A DNA stretch of 64,000 nt from an uncultured Armatimonadetes bacterium (GTDB lineage Bacteria; Armatimonadota; UBA5829; DTJY01), in NCBI GenBank assembly GCA_963717145.1, contig OY970325.1, positions 3,104,001 to 3,168,000 on the forward strand. Direction: 5' to 3'. The translations under genes were made by a program, and so were the position numbers. Shown one piece after another: positions 62,602-64,000 of the stretch. Below the pieces are notes generated by a model that had not been told where the DNA came from, did not search any database, and saw only the letters and a program-made list of their open reading frames with translations. Numbering within the stretch: the stretch's first letter is position 1; the number at the start of each line of letters is the position of its first letter.

Positions 62602-63284
62602 CGCTTTGCCCCCAGCAGAGACGCATCCGCCTTCTGGAGATACGCCACCACCAGGCCGGTGACTACCGCCTCCACGACTCCGAAGAACAGCAGGTGCTCG
62701 ACCGCCATTACACCTACCGCGACCTTGAGCCCATAAGGAGAATAGAGCGCTCGTCCGGCCGCATCATGGGCGATGAGCGGCTGGATGCCGAGCATCACCG
62801 CAGTCGCGAGCGCCGCCGCGTTGATCCCGACGTATCCGCCGAGTGCCGCGCCGATCCACCGTCTGCGCGAGGTAGCTTTCGACCGCCCCGCGATCAGCCG
62901 GTAGACGCCGTATCCCGCGAATGGCATCACCATTGCCATGTTGAGGCAGTTCGCCCCTATCGCGGTGATGCCACCATCGCCGAACATCACCGCCTGCACG
63001 ATCAGCGCGACCGAAACCGCGAGACATGCGGCCCATGGTCCGAGCAGTACCGCGATCAATACGGCACCGACGGCATGGCCGGTCGAGCCGCCGGGGATCG
63101 GGATGTTGAACAGCATGATCACGAAGCTGAATGCCGCGCCGAGTGCGAGCATCGGAACCTGCCGACTGCGCAGAGTCCGGCCGACGATCCGCGACGCCGC
63201 CACCCAGAACGGGGCTGCCACTATGTACGCCGCACCGTAGGTCTGCGGCCCGAGATATCCATCAGGAATGTGCACGGCTATCAC
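62598..63284 (-). CDS. cbiM: ECF cobalt/nickel S component
   Basis: HIPDGYL N-terminus, FNIPIPGGSTGHAVG, FGDGGITAIGAN. Confidence 0.93.
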   Translation of the reverse strand: MIAVHIPDGYLGPQTYGAAYIVAAPFWVAASRIVGRTLRSRQVPMLALGAAFSFVIMLFNIPIPGGSTGHAVGAVLIAVLLGPWAACLAVSVALIVQAVMFGDGGITAIGANCLNMAMVMPFAGYGVYRLIAGRSKATSRRRWIGAALGGYVGINAAALATAVMLGIQPLIAHDAAGRALYSPYGLKVAVGVMAVEHLLFFGVVEAVVTGLVVAYLQKADASLLGAKR

Positions 63285-63979
63285 CCTTCTCCTTTGTGCC
63301 CGTATGCTCCGCCAAGAACGAAGTGCATGGTAAACCGCATGTCCCCACCGTCATTGGGAAACGCCACCCCCGACGTGATCCCAAACCGGTCGTTAGCCTG
63401 GTAGCTGAATCCTACGGAGGAGTTGTTACCATCGCCGCTCGTGTAATCAGCCATCAGTATCAGCCTGCTGGTGACAGCCTTGTCTACCCCTGCAAACCAT
63501 TGGCTGCTGCCGTCGATGCCTGCAACTCCCAGGTGTCCCCGCACTGCGCCGAGATCCTTGGCAGCTACGGCATAGGGACAGCTCTTCAGGTGTTTGCCCA
63601 TGTCGCAGATGCCTACAGCAATCGCCGGGTTGCGATCACCTTCGCTGAGCACGAGGCGTTTTGCATTCAGCAGCACATGAGTCTCGGCCCCTTTGCTGAC
63701 GTCGTAATCCAGACCCGCTTCGAGGCTGGGGGTCAGCCCGAGTTCGGCGTTCAGTATCCATGTCTTCTCATTTCCCCGTGCAAAAGTGCCATCGCACTGA
63801 ATCTCAATAGAGTACATCCCGTTCCCGACCATGTCCGCCGTCGGAATGAACGCCAACCCGGTGTAGCACGCACTTGCCGGCAAGCCCGCCATTCCCATCT
63901 GGACCATTGCCGCCATTATCGCACGCGCGGCGAGCCCAAGTAAACGGGCTTTCACACCCGTAACTGCTACGAATCTCAC
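63281..63979 (-). CDS. Hypothetical exported beta-strand-rich protein (possible outer-membrane barrel)
   Basis: AAGGAGGT RBS; signal-like N-terminus; IPTAD motif; alternating amphipathic strands. Confidence 0.6.
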   Translation of the reverse strand: MRFVAVTGVKARLLGLAARAIMAAMVQMGMAGLPASACYTGLAFIPTADMVGNGMYSIEIQCDGTFARGNEKTWILNAELGLTPSLEAGLDYDVSKGAETHVLLNAKRLVLSEGDRNPAIAVGICDMGKHLKSCPYAVAAKDLGAVRGHLGVAGIDGSSQWFAGVDKAVTSRLILMADYTSGDGNNSSVGFSYQANDRFGITSGVAFPNDGGDMRFTMHFVLGGAYGHKGEG

Positions 63980-64000
63980 AATCGTGTTACCTCCTTGGCA

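Overview
High-GC bacterial chromosomal window. The gene mix (T-box riboswitch, Ahb-type heme pathway, many secreted glycoside-hydrolase-like and URO-D-family proteins) is reminiscent of Armatimonadota-like lineages, but that placement is only an inference. Housekeeping content: ilvB with a Val T-box, thiC-thiL-tsaE, ferritins, mpg, ahbC, cobA/hemD, nadB, hemC and cbiMQO. Accessory content: two inverted IS1182 copies (CTAG target), an IS66-family element (8-bp TSD), a nested/truncated IS3 pair, a TIR-WD40-Roc-COR-Zn-DUF4365 protein, a GmrSD-like gene and a sugar/aminocyclitol catabolic cluster. The most striking feature is a dense, diverse set of small palindromic elements: GTAG-type REP doublets and inverted arrays of 6-9-nt tandem repeats. 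They supply stop codons, sit in-frame inside proteins and even inside the T-box. One heptamer family brackets a four-helix-bundle (IVP/Avd-like) gene, and an empty copy with the same termini lies about 4 kb away, suggesting an autonomous/non-autonomous element pair. At least six small frameshifts in otherwise intact genes probably reflect sequencing indels. No CRISPR array, rRNA or tRNA was recognised.
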